A model generated the notes under the pieces. The model worked only from the letters and a program-made list of their open reading frames with translations, ran no database searches and was not told where the DNA came from. From Candidatus Magasanikiibacteriota bacterium (lineage in GTDB: Bacteria; Patescibacteriota; Patescibacteriia; Magasanikbacterales; UBA922), in the NCBI GenBank assembly GCA_012800155.1, contig JAAZJX010000002.1, forward strand, positions 1 to 55,515: a stretch of DNA of 55,515 bases. The letters are read 5' to 3'. A program made the position numbers and the translations under genes. Positions 37,517 through 47,915 of this stretch are shown one piece after another; the first letter of the stretch is position 1, and every line of letters starts with the position of its first letter.

Positions 37517-38764
37517 TTATAAATTGTTAATAATTTTTACTATTTTTCTAGCGTCTTTTATTTTTATAAAATGATTAGTGGGTAGATTTATTGATTTAGA
37601 AGATAAAATTTCAGCATTTGGACATTGATTTGGTGTGTATCCAGTTTTACTTAAATCAATATTTTTTGGAGCAATAGGAGTATTATACCAATTTCCTAAA
37701 ATTATACCTTGTTTTTTTGCTTTTAAATGTAATACAGATGGTTCTTCCATAAGAATTGTATAGCGCAACCAAACTGAATCTTCATTCCATTCTGGTTTAC
37801 TAATTTTTTTATTATTTATATTATCATTATAAAATCTAGCTATTTCTCTGCGATGACGATTGAAATATTCTAAATTATCAATTTGAAAAAAAAGTATTTT
37901 AGCTAAAGAATTAGCTAATTTACTAGGATAAAATTTTGTGGGAAAACCAAATTTTTCTTCTTTATAAATAATTTTGTTTATAATATTAAATTTTTTTGCT
38001 AAAAATAAAATTAATTTTCCTATACCAATATTGTATAATGGTTTAGAAAAAGAAAATAAAGGATAGTGCAATAAATGTTGAATAGTTCTAATTAATTTTG
38101 GATTAGGTAAATTATTTTTAAGATTTTTTATTTTTATAGCAATATTTTTGTTATTAGTTATTAAAGCTCCACCTCTTACACAAGAAATTATTTTATCACT
38201 ACCAAAACTAAACATACCAATATCTCCAAAAGTTCCTAAAAATTGATCGTTTAATTTTGCTCCTAAAGAATGAGCACAATCTTCTATAACTAAAAGATTA
38301 TTTTCTTTAGCCCAAGTAATAATTTTTTCTAATTCACTAATTGATTTACCAAAAGTATGTTGAATAATAATCGCTTTGGTTTTAGTAGTCTTTTTATTTT
38401 TAAGCTCTTCAAAATTTAAATTAAAATCATTTTGAATATCTATAAAAACTGGTTTTGCTTTGGACCAATTTATAGCATTAGTAACCACTACACAAGTATA
38501 AGCTTGAACTAGAACTTCATCTCCCTCCCCTATTCCAGAAGCTTCCAAAGCAAATTGTAAAGCTGATCTACCACTATCAAAAAGACAGACATTTGATACA
38601 TTAAAATAATTTTTAAATTTTTCTTCTACTTTTTTTTCCCAAAAACCTTTATTTAAAAAAGGCCAATTCCAAGGTAGAAATAAAAAAGATAAAGCAATAA
38701 AATTATCCTTTTTAGTAATATTTGGTCCAAAACCAGTAAAAATTGGTTTACGAAAAAAATTCAT
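37517..38764 (-). CDS. DegT/DnrJ/EryC1/StrS sugar aminotransferase
   Basis: SGRSAL, GDEV.VQAYTC, IEDCAH, FSFG.DK...GG. Confidence 0.92.
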   Translation of the reverse strand: MNFFRKPIFTGFGPNITKKDNFIALSFLFLPWNWPFLNKGFWEKKVEEKFKNYFNVSNVCLFDSGRSALQFALEASGIGEGDEVLVQAYTCVVVTNAINWSKAKPVFIDIQNDFNLNFEELKNKKTTKTKAIIIQHTFGKSISELEKIITWAKENNLLVIEDCAHSLGAKLNDQFLGTFGDIGMFSFGSDKIISCVRGGALITNNKNIAIKIKNLKNNLPNPKLIRTIQHLLHYPLFSFSKPLYNIGIGKLILFLAKKFNIINKIIYKEEKFGFPTKFYPSKLANSLAKILFFQIDNLEYFNRHRREIARFYNDNINNKKISKPEWNEDSVWLRYTILMEEPSVLHLKAKKQGIILGNWYNTPIAPKNIDLSKTGYTPNQCPNAEILSSKSINLPTNHFIKIKDARKIVKIINNL

Positions 38765-38768
38765 AAAT

Positions 38769-40352
38769 TTATTTCTTATTATTTCTTAATTCATCCATAA
38801 CAATTTGAGGTATCCGATTTTCTAATAAAATAACACAATTTTTATTTTTTATATTTTTAATATAATTTAATAAATCTTGATGTTCAAATTTTTCAATAAT
38901 ATTTATTCGATACTTTTTTAAAGCATTTTCTTTAAAAAGTTTAAAAAAATCTGGAGTAATAACAACTAATTCATCTGCAATAAAAGAAATTTCTTCTATA
39001 ATATTTTTATGAAGATTTTCACTTTCTTTTCCTAATTCTAACATGCCTCTAGTAATAATTATTCTTTTTTTATCTGAAGGAAATTTGTTTAAAATATCTA
39101 AAACTGCTTTAAAACCATCGGGATTAGAATTATAACTATCATTGATAATTTTACAATTACCATATTCAAAAAATTCTAAATTATTTGGTAAAGTTTTTAT
39201 TTGTTTTCTTATTTCTTCTAAATTTAATCCTAAAAAAATAGCTACCAATACACAAGGAGCAATATTCATCACATTAAATTCTCCAATTAAATTTGTCTGC
39301 ACATTATATTCTTTACCATTTATCAATCCTTTACAATGCAAACCATCTAAATTTGCTTGAATATCTTTTATAAGGCAAGTTGGATTATTTTCTGAATTTA
39401 AACCAAAAGTTTGAACATTAGTATTTAATTCATTAATAAATTCTCTAGTATAATTATTATCCATATTTACCACTGCTAAACCGTCAACAGGAAGAGAGCG
39501 TAACAATTCATATTTTGTGTTTTGAGTAGTTTTAATATCACCAAATAAAGACAAATGTTGTTCATTGATTGCGCTTAAAATACCTATTTTAGGATTAACC
39601 ATGTCACAAATTAATTTAATTTCTCCTTTTTTATAAGCACCCATTTCTACAATAAAAATATCTTGATCAGAAAAATCATTTTTTAAAATAAATTGAGCTA
39701 TACCAATTTCAGTATTTATATTTTTAGGTGTAGAAATTACTTTATATTTAACTGATAATATTTGAGTTAAAAATTTTTTAATAGAAGTTTTTCCATAACT
39801 ACCAGTTATCCCAATAACTATTAAATTATTATATTTTTGAATTTTTTGAGTAGCTTTTTTAATAAAATATTTCTTTATTAAATTAGACAATAAATTTATA
39901 ATTTTTACTATTAAACTAATTAATAAAAATCTAACTAGTAAAAGTATTATTAATGCCATCCAATCTCTTTTTAATACAAACAATAAACCTTCTAAAAAAA
40001 TTGCCAAACCAATAATTAAAGTTGCTTTATAAGTAAAATTTGGTCTATAGAATTTTTTAATTATGATTTTGTATAAATTATATAATAAATCAATACTAAA
40101 AATAGCAATTAAAACATATTTTACATAAATTATTTCATTTATTGGCCAAAATAATATAAGGATAACAAATAAACTTCTCCAAAAAAAATTATATCTCAAT
40201 AAATAATTTTTCCCTTGTTTAGTAGAAAGAAAATCACGAAATCTATCCCAACGATATTCTTTTAATTGAAAAATAAAAGTATGATCTGTATAATCAGCAA
40301 AAGCGCTCAAAAACCATAAAATAAAAATTGTAATATTAATTAATGAAATCAT
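38769..40352 (-). CDS. murF: MurF-like ligase with N-terminal TM helices
   Basis: FQLKEYR.DR, GITGSYGKTS.K, NT.IG, VEMGAY..GEI, INDSYNSNP.G, GMLELG. Confidence 0.88.
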   Translation of the reverse strand: MISLINITIFILWFLSAFADYTDHTFIFQLKEYRWDRFRDFLSTKQGKNYLLRYNFFWRSLFVILILFWPINEIIYVKYVLIAIFSIDLLYNLYKIIIKKFYRPNFTYKATLIIGLAIFLEGLLFVLKRDWMALIILLLVRFLLISLIVKIINLLSNLIKKYFIKKATQKIQKYNNLIVIGITGSYGKTSIKKFLTQILSVKYKVISTPKNINTEIGIAQFILKNDFSDQDIFIVEMGAYKKGEIKLICDMVNPKIGILSAINEQHLSLFGDIKTTQNTKYELLRSLPVDGLAVVNMDNNYTREFINELNTNVQTFGLNSENNPTCLIKDIQANLDGLHCKGLINGKEYNVQTNLIGEFNVMNIAPCVLVAIFLGLNLEEIRKQIKTLPNNLEFFEYGNCKIINDSYNSNPDGFKAVLDILNKFPSDKKRIIITRGMLELGKESENLHKNIIEEISFIADELVVITPDFFKLFKENALKKYRINIIEKFEHQDLLNYIKNIKNKNCVILLENRIPQIVMDELRNNKK

Positions 40353-41049
40353 AAATTATTTTAAATAATTCTTTTGGCATTTGTAAATGTAAGCCATGTT
40401 TTCCTTTTGGAAAAATTTCTATTTTTGCTCCTGAAATTAATTTAGCAATTTTTTTACCTTTAGCAATTGGAACATAATTATCTTTTTTGCCCCAAACTAC
40501 CAAAGTAGGAACTTTTATTTTTGGTAAAATTTTTTCTAAATCTTGACGAATAACTTTTTTAAAAATTTCTCTTTTTACTCCCTGAGTGTGAGTATAATCA
40601 GGAGAATTAGCAATCTTGTAAATTAATTTTCGGGATTGAACGCTGTATTTTTTGAGAATTGGTAATTTAAAAATTAGTTTACCAAGTCTTGCAATTTTAA
40701 AATAAATAGTTCTTTTTAATAATTTAGCTGGTCTAAAAACAGCTGCTCCACTTAAAATTAATTTTTCAACCATTTCGGGATAATGAACTGTAAAATAAGT
40801 AGCCACTTGACCACCAAAAGAATGTCCTAATAATATTACTGGTTTGTCAGTAATAGTTTTTATTTTATTTTTTACAAATTCAGCATACTCTTCTATTCCC
40901 CAAACTTCTGTTGGGCAAGGTTCTAAACCAAAACAAGGTAAATCAATTACTTGAGTATTTATTTTATTTTCCGAAATATCTGTAAATTTTATCCAAGTTT
41001 GAGTATTTCCTCCCCAACCAGGTAAAATTATGAGAAATTTATCTTTCAT
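40336..41049 (-). CDS. Alpha/beta hydrolase
   Basis: GWG, DLP.FG, GHSFGG nucleophile elbow, WG..D, H. Confidence 0.92.
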   Translation of the reverse strand: MKDKFLIILPGWGGNTQTWIKFTDISENKINTQVIDLPCFGLEPCPTEVWGIEEYAEFVKNKIKTITDKPVILLGHSFGGQVATYFTVHYPEMVEKLILSGAAVFRPAKLLKRTIYFKIARLGKLIFKLPILKKYSVQSRKLIYKIANSPDYTHTQGVKREIFKKVIRQDLEKILPKIKVPTLVVWGKKDNYVPIAKGKKIAKLISGAKIEIFPKGKHGLHLQMPKELFKIIYDFIN

Positions 41050-41052
41050 AAT

Positions 41053-42282
41053 TTATTTAATTATTTCTTTACCCATAAATTTTTGTAAAACTTTTGGTAT
41101 TAATACACTGCCATCAGCTTGCTGAAATTGTTCTAAAATAGCTGGAATTAATCTACTAGTAGCTAAACCTGAAGCATTGAGAGTGTGTACATATTTATTA
41201 ACATTTTCTGTTTTATAACGAATATTTCCTCTTCTAGCTTGATAATCAAGAGCATTAGAAATACTACTAACTTCTTTATAAATATTCATACTAGGAATCC
41301 AAACTTCTACATCTATGGTTTTTGCCATAGCTGCTGAAGCATCTCCAGCTGCCAAAAGTGAAGTTTGAAAATGTAAACCTAAATCTTCTACTAATTTTTC
41401 TACAGAATTTTTCATTTCTTCAAAAGCTATCCAAGACTGATCTTCTTTGGTAAATTGGAACATTTCAATTTTATTAAATTGATGTCCACGAACCATACCT
41501 CTTTCTTCTTTTCTATAACTGCCCGCTTCTCTTCTGAAACAAGTTGAATAAGCATAATATTTTATTGGTAAATTATTTTCATCTAAAATTTCATCACGAT
41601 GATAATTTCCCAACATCATTTCTGAAGTAGCATTTAAACAATTTCCATCTTGTGTCCAATAAAGATCATCTCTAAATTTTGGCAAATGTCCTGAAACATA
41701 AGCTGAATCTTCATTTAATAAAAATGGTGGAATTATAAATGTATAACCATTATTTCGGTGAAATTCTATAAAATAATTTAAAAGCGCCCATTCAAGTAAA
41801 GCTCCATCTCCTTTATAAATCCAAAAACCACTTCCAGACATTTTAGCAGCGCGTTTATAATCAATAAGATTTAATGAAGTTGCTAATTCTACATGATCTT
41901 TTGGTGTAAAATTAAATTTTGGTTTTTCAGCAAAAGTTTTTATAACTTTATTATTTTCTTTACCTCCAGCAGGAACATCATCAGCTGGTATGTTTGGCAA
42001 TTCTCCCATTTTTTCTTTTAATTTTTCTTCTAGATTTTTAAGTTCTTCATCTAGTTTTTTTATTTCTTCACTTAAAGTTTTCATTTTTTTAATTTCCTCT
42101 GGATCAGGTTTACCTTTACTACCTTTATTTCTTTCTGCTTTCATTTTATCTACTTTGGTAATTAAAATTTTTCGTTCATCATCAAGTTTAATAATTGATT
42201 CTAAATTAACACTATCTATGCGTTTTAAAAGTGCTTTTTCTACTTCTTTTGTTTTTTCACGAATAAGATTTATATCTAACAT
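41053..42282 (-). CDS. serS: Serine--tRNA ligase
   Basis: MLDINLIRE, CFRREAG, RGHQFNK.E, HTLN.SGLA..R. Confidence 0.97.
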   Translation of the reverse strand: MLDINLIREKTKEVEKALLKRIDSVNLESIIKLDDERKILITKVDKMKAERNKGSKGKPDPEEIKKMKTLSEEIKKLDEELKNLEEKLKEKMGELPNIPADDVPAGGKENNKVIKTFAEKPKFNFTPKDHVELATSLNLIDYKRAAKMSGSGFWIYKGDGALLEWALLNYFIEFHRNNGYTFIIPPFLLNEDSAYVSGHLPKFRDDLYWTQDGNCLNATSEMMLGNYHRDEILDENNLPIKYYAYSTCFRREAGSYRKEERGMVRGHQFNKIEMFQFTKEDQSWIAFEEMKNSVEKLVEDLGLHFQTSLLAAGDASAAMAKTIDVEVWIPSMNIYKEVSSISNALDYQARRGNIRYKTENVNKYVHTLNASGLATSRLIPAILEQFQQADGSVLIPKVLQKFMGKEIIK

Positions 42283-42283
42283 A

Positions 42284-43327
42284 TTATAATTTATATTTAT
42301 TAATAATTTCTTTTATTTGAGGAATAATTTTATCCATCATAACTTTATTATTAGCCACATAATCAAAATTTAAATATTCATCAGGATCAATCCATTTTAT
42401 TTCTATAACTTCACTATCATTTATTTCTCCAACTTTTTCTATAATTTTACATACTAAGGGTACTAAATAAACTTGATATTCAAAATCATTACTTTTACGA
42501 TCTTGAATATGTAAATAATTTATTTTTTCTATTATTTCTATTTTATAACCAAGTTCTTCTCTAACTTCTTTAATTAAATTACTTTCTAAAGTCTCCCCTA
42601 TTTCCATTATTCCACCAGATAATTCCCATTTACCATGAAATTCAGGATTATGTGGATCATAGCGTTTTGCAAGTAAAATTTTACCATTTTCAATAATTAC
42701 AGCTACTGAAACAATAATATGTTTAGCGCTAAATTCATGATTGAGATAATAAGCCATTTTTTTAAGAGCTTTACCGCGTTGACTAATAGAATTTTTTTCA
42801 GAAAGGGTCATTTCTGAAAAAGCTTTATTTAATTCTGGTACAAAGAAAAGTGAATTATAACCAAAATTTAAATCATTAATTTTTGCTTCTTGATTTAAGA
42901 TTTTACCTTTTATTTCACCAAAGCTTAAAAAAGTATTTTGATTATTTGGATTATAGCAAGCAGCACAAGTCTTAAAAAAGGCAGATCTCTTTTCATGGGA
43001 AATATTTTTCATTTTTTCTAACAAAATTTTTCTTCTTTCTTCATCATTATTTCCTATCCGAGCGGCTTTTATACCCGGCCAACCATTTAAACTATCTATG
43101 AACAAACCTGTATCTTCTGAAATAGTAATCATATTAGATTTATCCCCATAATATTTAGCTTTCAAAATAGCATTAGCTTCTAAGGTCTTACCTATTTCTT
43201 CTGGCTCAGAAAATTTTTCTGATAAATCAGTTAAAGATAAGAATTCAAATGGTAAATCTCCTAAAAGATGAGTAATTTCTTTAAATTTACCTTGATTAGA
43301 TGTGGCAATCAAAATTTTTTGTTTCAT
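42284..43327 (-). CDS. Ham1/RdgB non-canonical purine NTP pyrophosphatase fused to a Nudix hydrolase
   Basis: IATSNQGK..E, NA..KA, EDTGL.I..L.G.PG; C-terminal Nudix box GG.ME.GE.......KEV.EELG. Confidence 0.9.
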   Translation of the reverse strand: MKQKILIATSNQGKFKEITHLLGDLPFEFLSLTDLSEKFSEPEEIGKTLEANAILKAKYYGDKSNMITISEDTGLFIDSLNGWPGIKAARIGNNDEERRKILLEKMKNISHEKRSAFFKTCAACYNPNNQNTFLSFGEIKGKILNQEAKINDLNFGYNSLFFVPELNKAFSEMTLSEKNSISQRGKALKKMAYYLNHEFSAKHIIVSVAVIIENGKILLAKRYDPHNPEFHGKWELSGGIMEIGETLESNLIKEVREELGYKIEIIEKINYLHIQDRKSNDFEYQVYLVPLVCKIIEKVGEINDSEVIEIKWIDPDEYLNFDYVANNKVMMDKIIPQIKEIINKYKL

Positions 43328-43743
43328 ATCATACTTTCAATATAATTGCGAACTTTATGACTTTTTAATCTTTGTGGTTGGTAAGCTTTTAAACGAATAA
43401 TTTTTGCTTTCAAATTATTTTTTTTCAAAAATTCTTCAAGTCCTGGACCACAATCTTTTTGATCATAGCCTAAAGCGATTATATCTGGTTTATTTTTTAA
43501 AATAACTTGATAATAATCTTTTTTATTTCCTAAGATCACCTTATCTATTAAAATAATATTTTTTAACATTTTTATTCGTTCTCTTTGATTAAATATTGTT
43601 TGATGTTTTTTATTTTTTTTAACATTAACATCTTGAGCCACAACTACTGTTAAAATATCAGCATGCTTTTTGGCTTGTTCAAACAAATTAATATGTCCCG
43701 GATGTAAAATATCAAAAGTACCAAAAAGCATTATCATTTTCAT
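43324..43743 (-). CDS. Cytidylyltransferase family / RibL-like FAD synthase
   Basis: FGTFDILHPGH, VVA.D, ER, PDIIALGYDQ. Confidence 0.85.
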   Translation of the reverse strand: MKMIMLFGTFDILHPGHINLFEQAKKHADILTVVVAQDVNVKKNKKHQTIFNQRERIKMLKNIILIDKVILGNKKDYYQVILKNKPDIIALGYDQKDCGPGLEEFLKKNNLKAKIIRLKAYQPQRLKSHKVRNYIESMI

Positions 43744-43777
43744 ATTATTTTAATTCTAAATTTTTTAAAATATAAAA

Positions 43778-45265
43778 TTATTTATCTTCTGTTTCTGTCT
43801 TTTTTGGTTTCATTAAAGGAAAAGCTGTTACTTCTCGTAAAGTATGAGAACCAGTAATTAAAGCTGTAAAACGATCAATACCAATTCCTGTGCCTGTTGC
43901 TGGTGGCATACCATGTTCCATAGCTTCTACAAAATCCCAATCATTTTCCATAGCTTCTTCATCACCTTGAGATTTATTTTTAGCTTGTTCTTCAAATCTT
44001 TGACGCTGATCAATAGGATCATTTAATTCAGTATAAGAATTACTTAATTCAAAACCATTAACAATCAATTGAAACATTTCTGTATATCTTGGATCAGCAG
44101 CTTTTTTAGCCAAAGGCTTAAGTTCAATTGGATAATCAGTTACAAATGTTGGTTGAATAATCTTTGGTCGAGTTGATTGTTTGTATAAATTATCAATTAT
44201 TTTTCCTCTTTCTGTTAAATTTCCTGGATCATAACCTTTTTCTATCATTATTTTTTTAAGAGAATCTACATCAGGATAATCATTAATATCTATACCTGAA
44301 TGTTTTAAAACTGCATCATGAAAAGAAATTCTAGCATATGGTGGAGTAAAATTTATTTTTTTTCCATCAATTTCTACTTCTAATTTTCCAATAGAATTTT
44401 GTACTACAAAAGGAATTAATTTTTCATGAAATTTTGCATTTTCTTTACTATCAGCAAAAGCCCAATAATATTCTATCATGGTAAATTCAGGATTATGTTG
44501 ATGATCTACTCCTTCATTACGAAAAGCTCTACCAAGTTCAAAAATTTTTTCAAAACCTCCAACTAACAATCTTTTTTGCCATAATTCTCCCATACAAATA
44601 CGCAAATGCACATCAAGATCATAAGCATTTAAATGAGTATTAAAAGTTTTAGCCATTGCACCAGATGAAATTGTTTCTAAAACTGGAGTTTCTATTTCTA
44701 TAAAACCAGCCTGATACATAAATTCACGCATATATCTCAACACTCTAGATCTGACTAAAATCTTTTCTTTTTGTTCAGGGTTAATTAAAAAATCTAAATA
44801 GCGTTTACGATATCTCAATTCTTCATCATTCAAACCATGAAATTTATCAGGTAAAGGTAATAAAGCTTTGGATAATAAAGTCCATTTTTTAACTAAAATG
44901 GATTTTTCACCTTTATGAGTCATAAATCTTTCGCCCTCTATGGAAATAATATCTCCAGAATCAATTTTTTTGGTAAAAAGTTTATATGAATCTGTTCCAA
45001 TAATATCCTGTTTAAAAGCAATTTGTATTTTTCCTGTTTCATCTTGTAAATGACAAAAAGTAAGTTTACCCATTTCACGCTTAGTCATAATTCTTCCTGC
45101 TACTGTAACAATCTCTCCGTCAGACTTCTCTAAAGCTTGTTTTAAAGTAAAATTACGAATAGTTTGAGCTGGATAAGGATTTATTCCAGATTTACTTAAA
45201 TCAGCTAATTTTTTTAATCTAATTTTACGCTCATCATTAATATTAATTTCTTCTTGATTGTTCAT
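43778..45265 (-). CDS. lysS: Lysine--tRNA ligase (class II)
   Basis: LPDKFHGL, YRKRYLD, FRNEG....HNPEFTM.E, GMPP..G.GIGIDR. Confidence 0.98.
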   Translation of the reverse strand: MNNQEEININDERKIRLKKLADLSKSGINPYPAQTIRNFTLKQALEKSDGEIVTVAGRIMTKREMGKLTFCHLQDETGKIQIAFKQDIIGTDSYKLFTKKIDSGDIISIEGERFMTHKGEKSILVKKWTLLSKALLPLPDKFHGLNDEELRYRKRYLDFLINPEQKEKILVRSRVLRYMREFMYQAGFIEIETPVLETISSGAMAKTFNTHLNAYDLDVHLRICMGELWQKRLLVGGFEKIFELGRAFRNEGVDHQHNPEFTMIEYYWAFADSKENAKFHEKLIPFVVQNSIGKLEVEIDGKKINFTPPYARISFHDAVLKHSGIDINDYPDVDSLKKIMIEKGYDPGNLTERGKIIDNLYKQSTRPKIIQPTFVTDYPIELKPLAKKAADPRYTEMFQLIVNGFELSNSYTELNDPIDQRQRFEEQAKNKSQGDEEAMENDWDFVEAMEHGMPPATGTGIGIDRFTALITGSHTLREVTAFPLMKPKKTETEDK

Positions 45266-45317
45266 ATAAAAAAGTTAAATATTTCTCTTATTGTAGCAAA
45301 TAAATAGAAAAAATACA

Positions 45318-45342
45318 AATACTCCTTTTTTGCAGGAGTATT
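45318..45342 (-). terminator. Intrinsic terminator after greA
   Basis: AATACTCCT-N7-AGGAGTATT, with T-rich sequence downstream on the minus strand. Confidence 0.65.
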
Positions 45343-45361
45343 ATTTATTTTTTAACCTAAA

Positions 45362-45826
45362 TTAGTTAATTTTTACAATTTTATAATTTTGAAGACCTGA
45401 AGGTGTTTTAACCTCAACAATTTCACCTTTCTTTTTACCTAAAAAAGCACTACCCAAAGGTGATTCATTAGAAATTTTTCCTTTTAAAGGATCAGCTTCT
45501 TGAGCTCCAACTATCATATATTCTTTTTCTTTTTTATTAACTTCAACAACAATCGTAGAACCAATTTGTACAAAATCCAGTTTTTTTTCATTTGCAGTGA
45601 TAATTTCAGCATTATCTAAAATATTTTTAATTTCTAAAATTCTGGATTGAGTCCAAGCCAATTCTTCTCTAGCAGCATGATATTCAGCATTTTCAGATAA
45701 ATCACCCATTTGTCTAGCTTCATCAATTCTTTTTCTTAAATTTACAGCTTTAATTTCTCTCAATTCTTTTAATTCAGTTTCTAATTCTTCTCTTGTTTGT
45801 TGAGACATGTATTGTGTTTCAGACAT
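45362..45826 (-). CDS. greA: Transcription elongation factor GreA
   Basis: GDLSENAEYHAARE, EADP..GKISNESPLG.A. Confidence 0.98.
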   Translation of the reverse strand: MSETQYMSQQTREELETELKELREIKAVNLRKRIDEARQMGDLSENAEYHAAREELAWTQSRILEIKNILDNAEIITANEKKLDFVQIGSTIVVEVNKKEKEYMIVGAQEADPLKGKISNESPLGSAFLGKKKGEIVEVKTPSGLQNYKIVKIN

Positions 45827-45906
45827 AAAATAAAAAATATTAAACCCAGGTCAAAGCCTGGAATCTTATAGATAGTATAACAAAAAATAATTATTTTAAT
45901 AGAAAG

Positions 45907-45915
45907 TTATCCACA
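45907..45915 (+). promoter_or_regulatory. Isolated perfect DnaA box upstream of greA
   Basis: TTATCCACA, intergenic. Confidence 0.35.
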
Positions 45916-45920
45916 ATAAA

Positions 45921-47915
45921 TTATAATTCATTTTTATAACTCCACCACCATTGATAAAAATCATAAGCAATTGGAACAGAAATAGCACTTCCCTCTTCCC
46001 CTTCTTCTACTAAAACTGTTAAAACAATTTCTGGATTATCATAAGGAGCAAAAGAAGTAAACCAAGCATGATTAGCTTTATTTTTATTCCACTGAGCTGT
46101 ACCCGTTTTTCCTCCAGTAGAAAACGGCAAAAGAGATAAACGGCGACAAGAACCATAATCAACACAATCTTTCATACCTAATTTAACAATATTTAAATTA
46201 ACAGAAGAAATAAAATTTTCATTTAAAATTTCTACTGGAATATTAGTTTTTTCTTCTGTTATTGGATTGATAATTGACTTAACAATATGTGGTTGATAAA
46301 GTTTACCTCCATTAGTAAATACTGCAGTCATATTAGCAATTTGCAAAGGTGTTACTAATAAATCTCCTTGTCCTATAGAAAGATTATAAGTATCTCCAAT
46401 ATACCAGCGTTCTCCTTTAACTTTTTCTTTCCATTCTTTAGAAGGTAAAAATCCTATTTTTTCACCAGTAGTATCTATATTAGTTTTATTTCCAAAACCA
46501 AATTCTTGTAAATAATCTATCATTTTTTCTACTCCTAAACCTACAAAATCATTATAACCACCACCAATATAATAAAAAAAAGTATTAACTGACCAAGCTA
46601 AAGCTCGACGCACATTTGTTACTCCATGACCACCTACTTGCCAATCAGGAAAAAACCATTGACTAACTCGTAAACCACCATTACTTAAAAAACTAGTTTT
46701 AGAATTAATAATTTTTTCTTCCAAAGCAGCAGCAGCAAAAGCAGTTTTAATTACAGAACCAGAAGGATAAAGACCACTCACAGCGCGATTAAAAAGAGGT
46801 TGATCTTCATTATTTAAATATTTTTGATATTTAGTAAAAGCAATTCCTCCTGAAAAATCATTATTATCAAAAGCTGGTAAACTAACCATTGCTAAAACTT
46901 CACCATTACGAGGATCAAGAGCTACTGCTGCCGCTCTTTTTTTGTTATTAGTTTTTAAATAATGATTTACTATTTCTTCTAATTTATTTTGTATTTTAGA
47001 ATCTATTGACATTTCTAAATGAAACCCAGCTTCTGGTGCTTCTTGAGCTAAAATATTTTGTTCTTTTCCCAAAGAATCAACTTCAATTCTTTTTTTACCA
47101 TAAACACCGCGTAAAAATGATTCATAAGTTTTTTCTAAACCAGTTTTACCAATATTATCTGAAGATAAATATCCCTTAGCGCGTTTTTCTATGTATTCTT
47201 CTTTATTTAATTTTCCAATATAACCTAAAATATGTGATAATGAATGATTAGTTGAAGTATTAAATTCATTACCAAAATCATCTAAATAAAGACGCTTGCT
47301 GCCTCGTAATATTTCAATTCCCGGTAATTCACTTGTTTGAATAATAATATTTAAAGCTGTATCATAATCTAAATTTTCTTGAATTACTACTGACTCATAA
47401 CTATAAGAACCATATTCATCTAAAATATTAGAAAGTTCTTCTTCAGATTTATTGATTAAAATTGCTAATTTATTAATAATAGGAATTCTTTGTTCTTTTT
47501 TTCTAGGTAAATCTTGAGGAATAATTGCTAAAGAAAAATTCGGTATATTCTTAGTTAATTGAATACCTTGTCTATCAAAAATTAAACCTCTCTCAGAAGG
47601 AATAGAAATAATTCTTTGACGATTATTTTCTGCTGAAACACGATAACTACTTCCTTTAATAATTTGTAAATAAAAAAATCTACTAATTAACAATAAAAAA
47701 AATACTAATAAAAAAATAAAAAAAATATTTATCTTTTTATTAGTAAAACTAGTTCCAACATAATTGAAACTCTGAGGAGAAGCTACTTGTTTACCTTTAC
47801 TTTCTTCAAAAAAAAGAGAGTCTTCAATCCAAGATTTTTTATATTTGCCTTTTATATTTTTACTATCAAAAAGTTCAGCTTCTATTCCAAATAAATTTTT
47901 TTTATTTTCTTTCAT
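45921..47915 (-). CDS. mrdA: Penicillin-binding protein 2
   Basis: RG.I.DR.G, YPSGSVIK (SxxK), S.N.FFY, GKTGTAQ; lies next to mreBCD. Start set at ATG 47915. Confidence 0.94.
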   Translation of the reverse strand: MKENKKNLFGIEAELFDSKNIKGKYKKSWIEDSLFFEESKGKQVASPQSFNYVGTSFTNKKINIFFIFLLVFFLLLISRFFYLQIIKGSSYRVSAENNRQRIISIPSERGLIFDRQGIQLTKNIPNFSLAIIPQDLPRKKEQRIPIINKLAILINKSEEELSNILDEYGSYSYESVVIQENLDYDTALNIIIQTSELPGIEILRGSKRLYLDDFGNEFNTSTNHSLSHILGYIGKLNKEEYIEKRAKGYLSSDNIGKTGLEKTYESFLRGVYGKKRIEVDSLGKEQNILAQEAPEAGFHLEMSIDSKIQNKLEEIVNHYLKTNNKKRAAAVALDPRNGEVLAMVSLPAFDNNDFSGGIAFTKYQKYLNNEDQPLFNRAVSGLYPSGSVIKTAFAAAALEEKIINSKTSFLSNGGLRVSQWFFPDWQVGGHGVTNVRRALAWSVNTFFYYIGGGYNDFVGLGVEKMIDYLQEFGFGNKTNIDTTGEKIGFLPSKEWKEKVKGERWYIGDTYNLSIGQGDLLVTPLQIANMTAVFTNGGKLYQPHIVKSIINPITEEKTNIPVEILNENFISSVNLNIVKLGMKDCVDYGSCRRLSLLPFSTGGKTGTAQWNKNKANHAWFTSFAPYDNPEIVLTVLVEEGEEGSAISVPIAYDFYQWWWSYKNEL

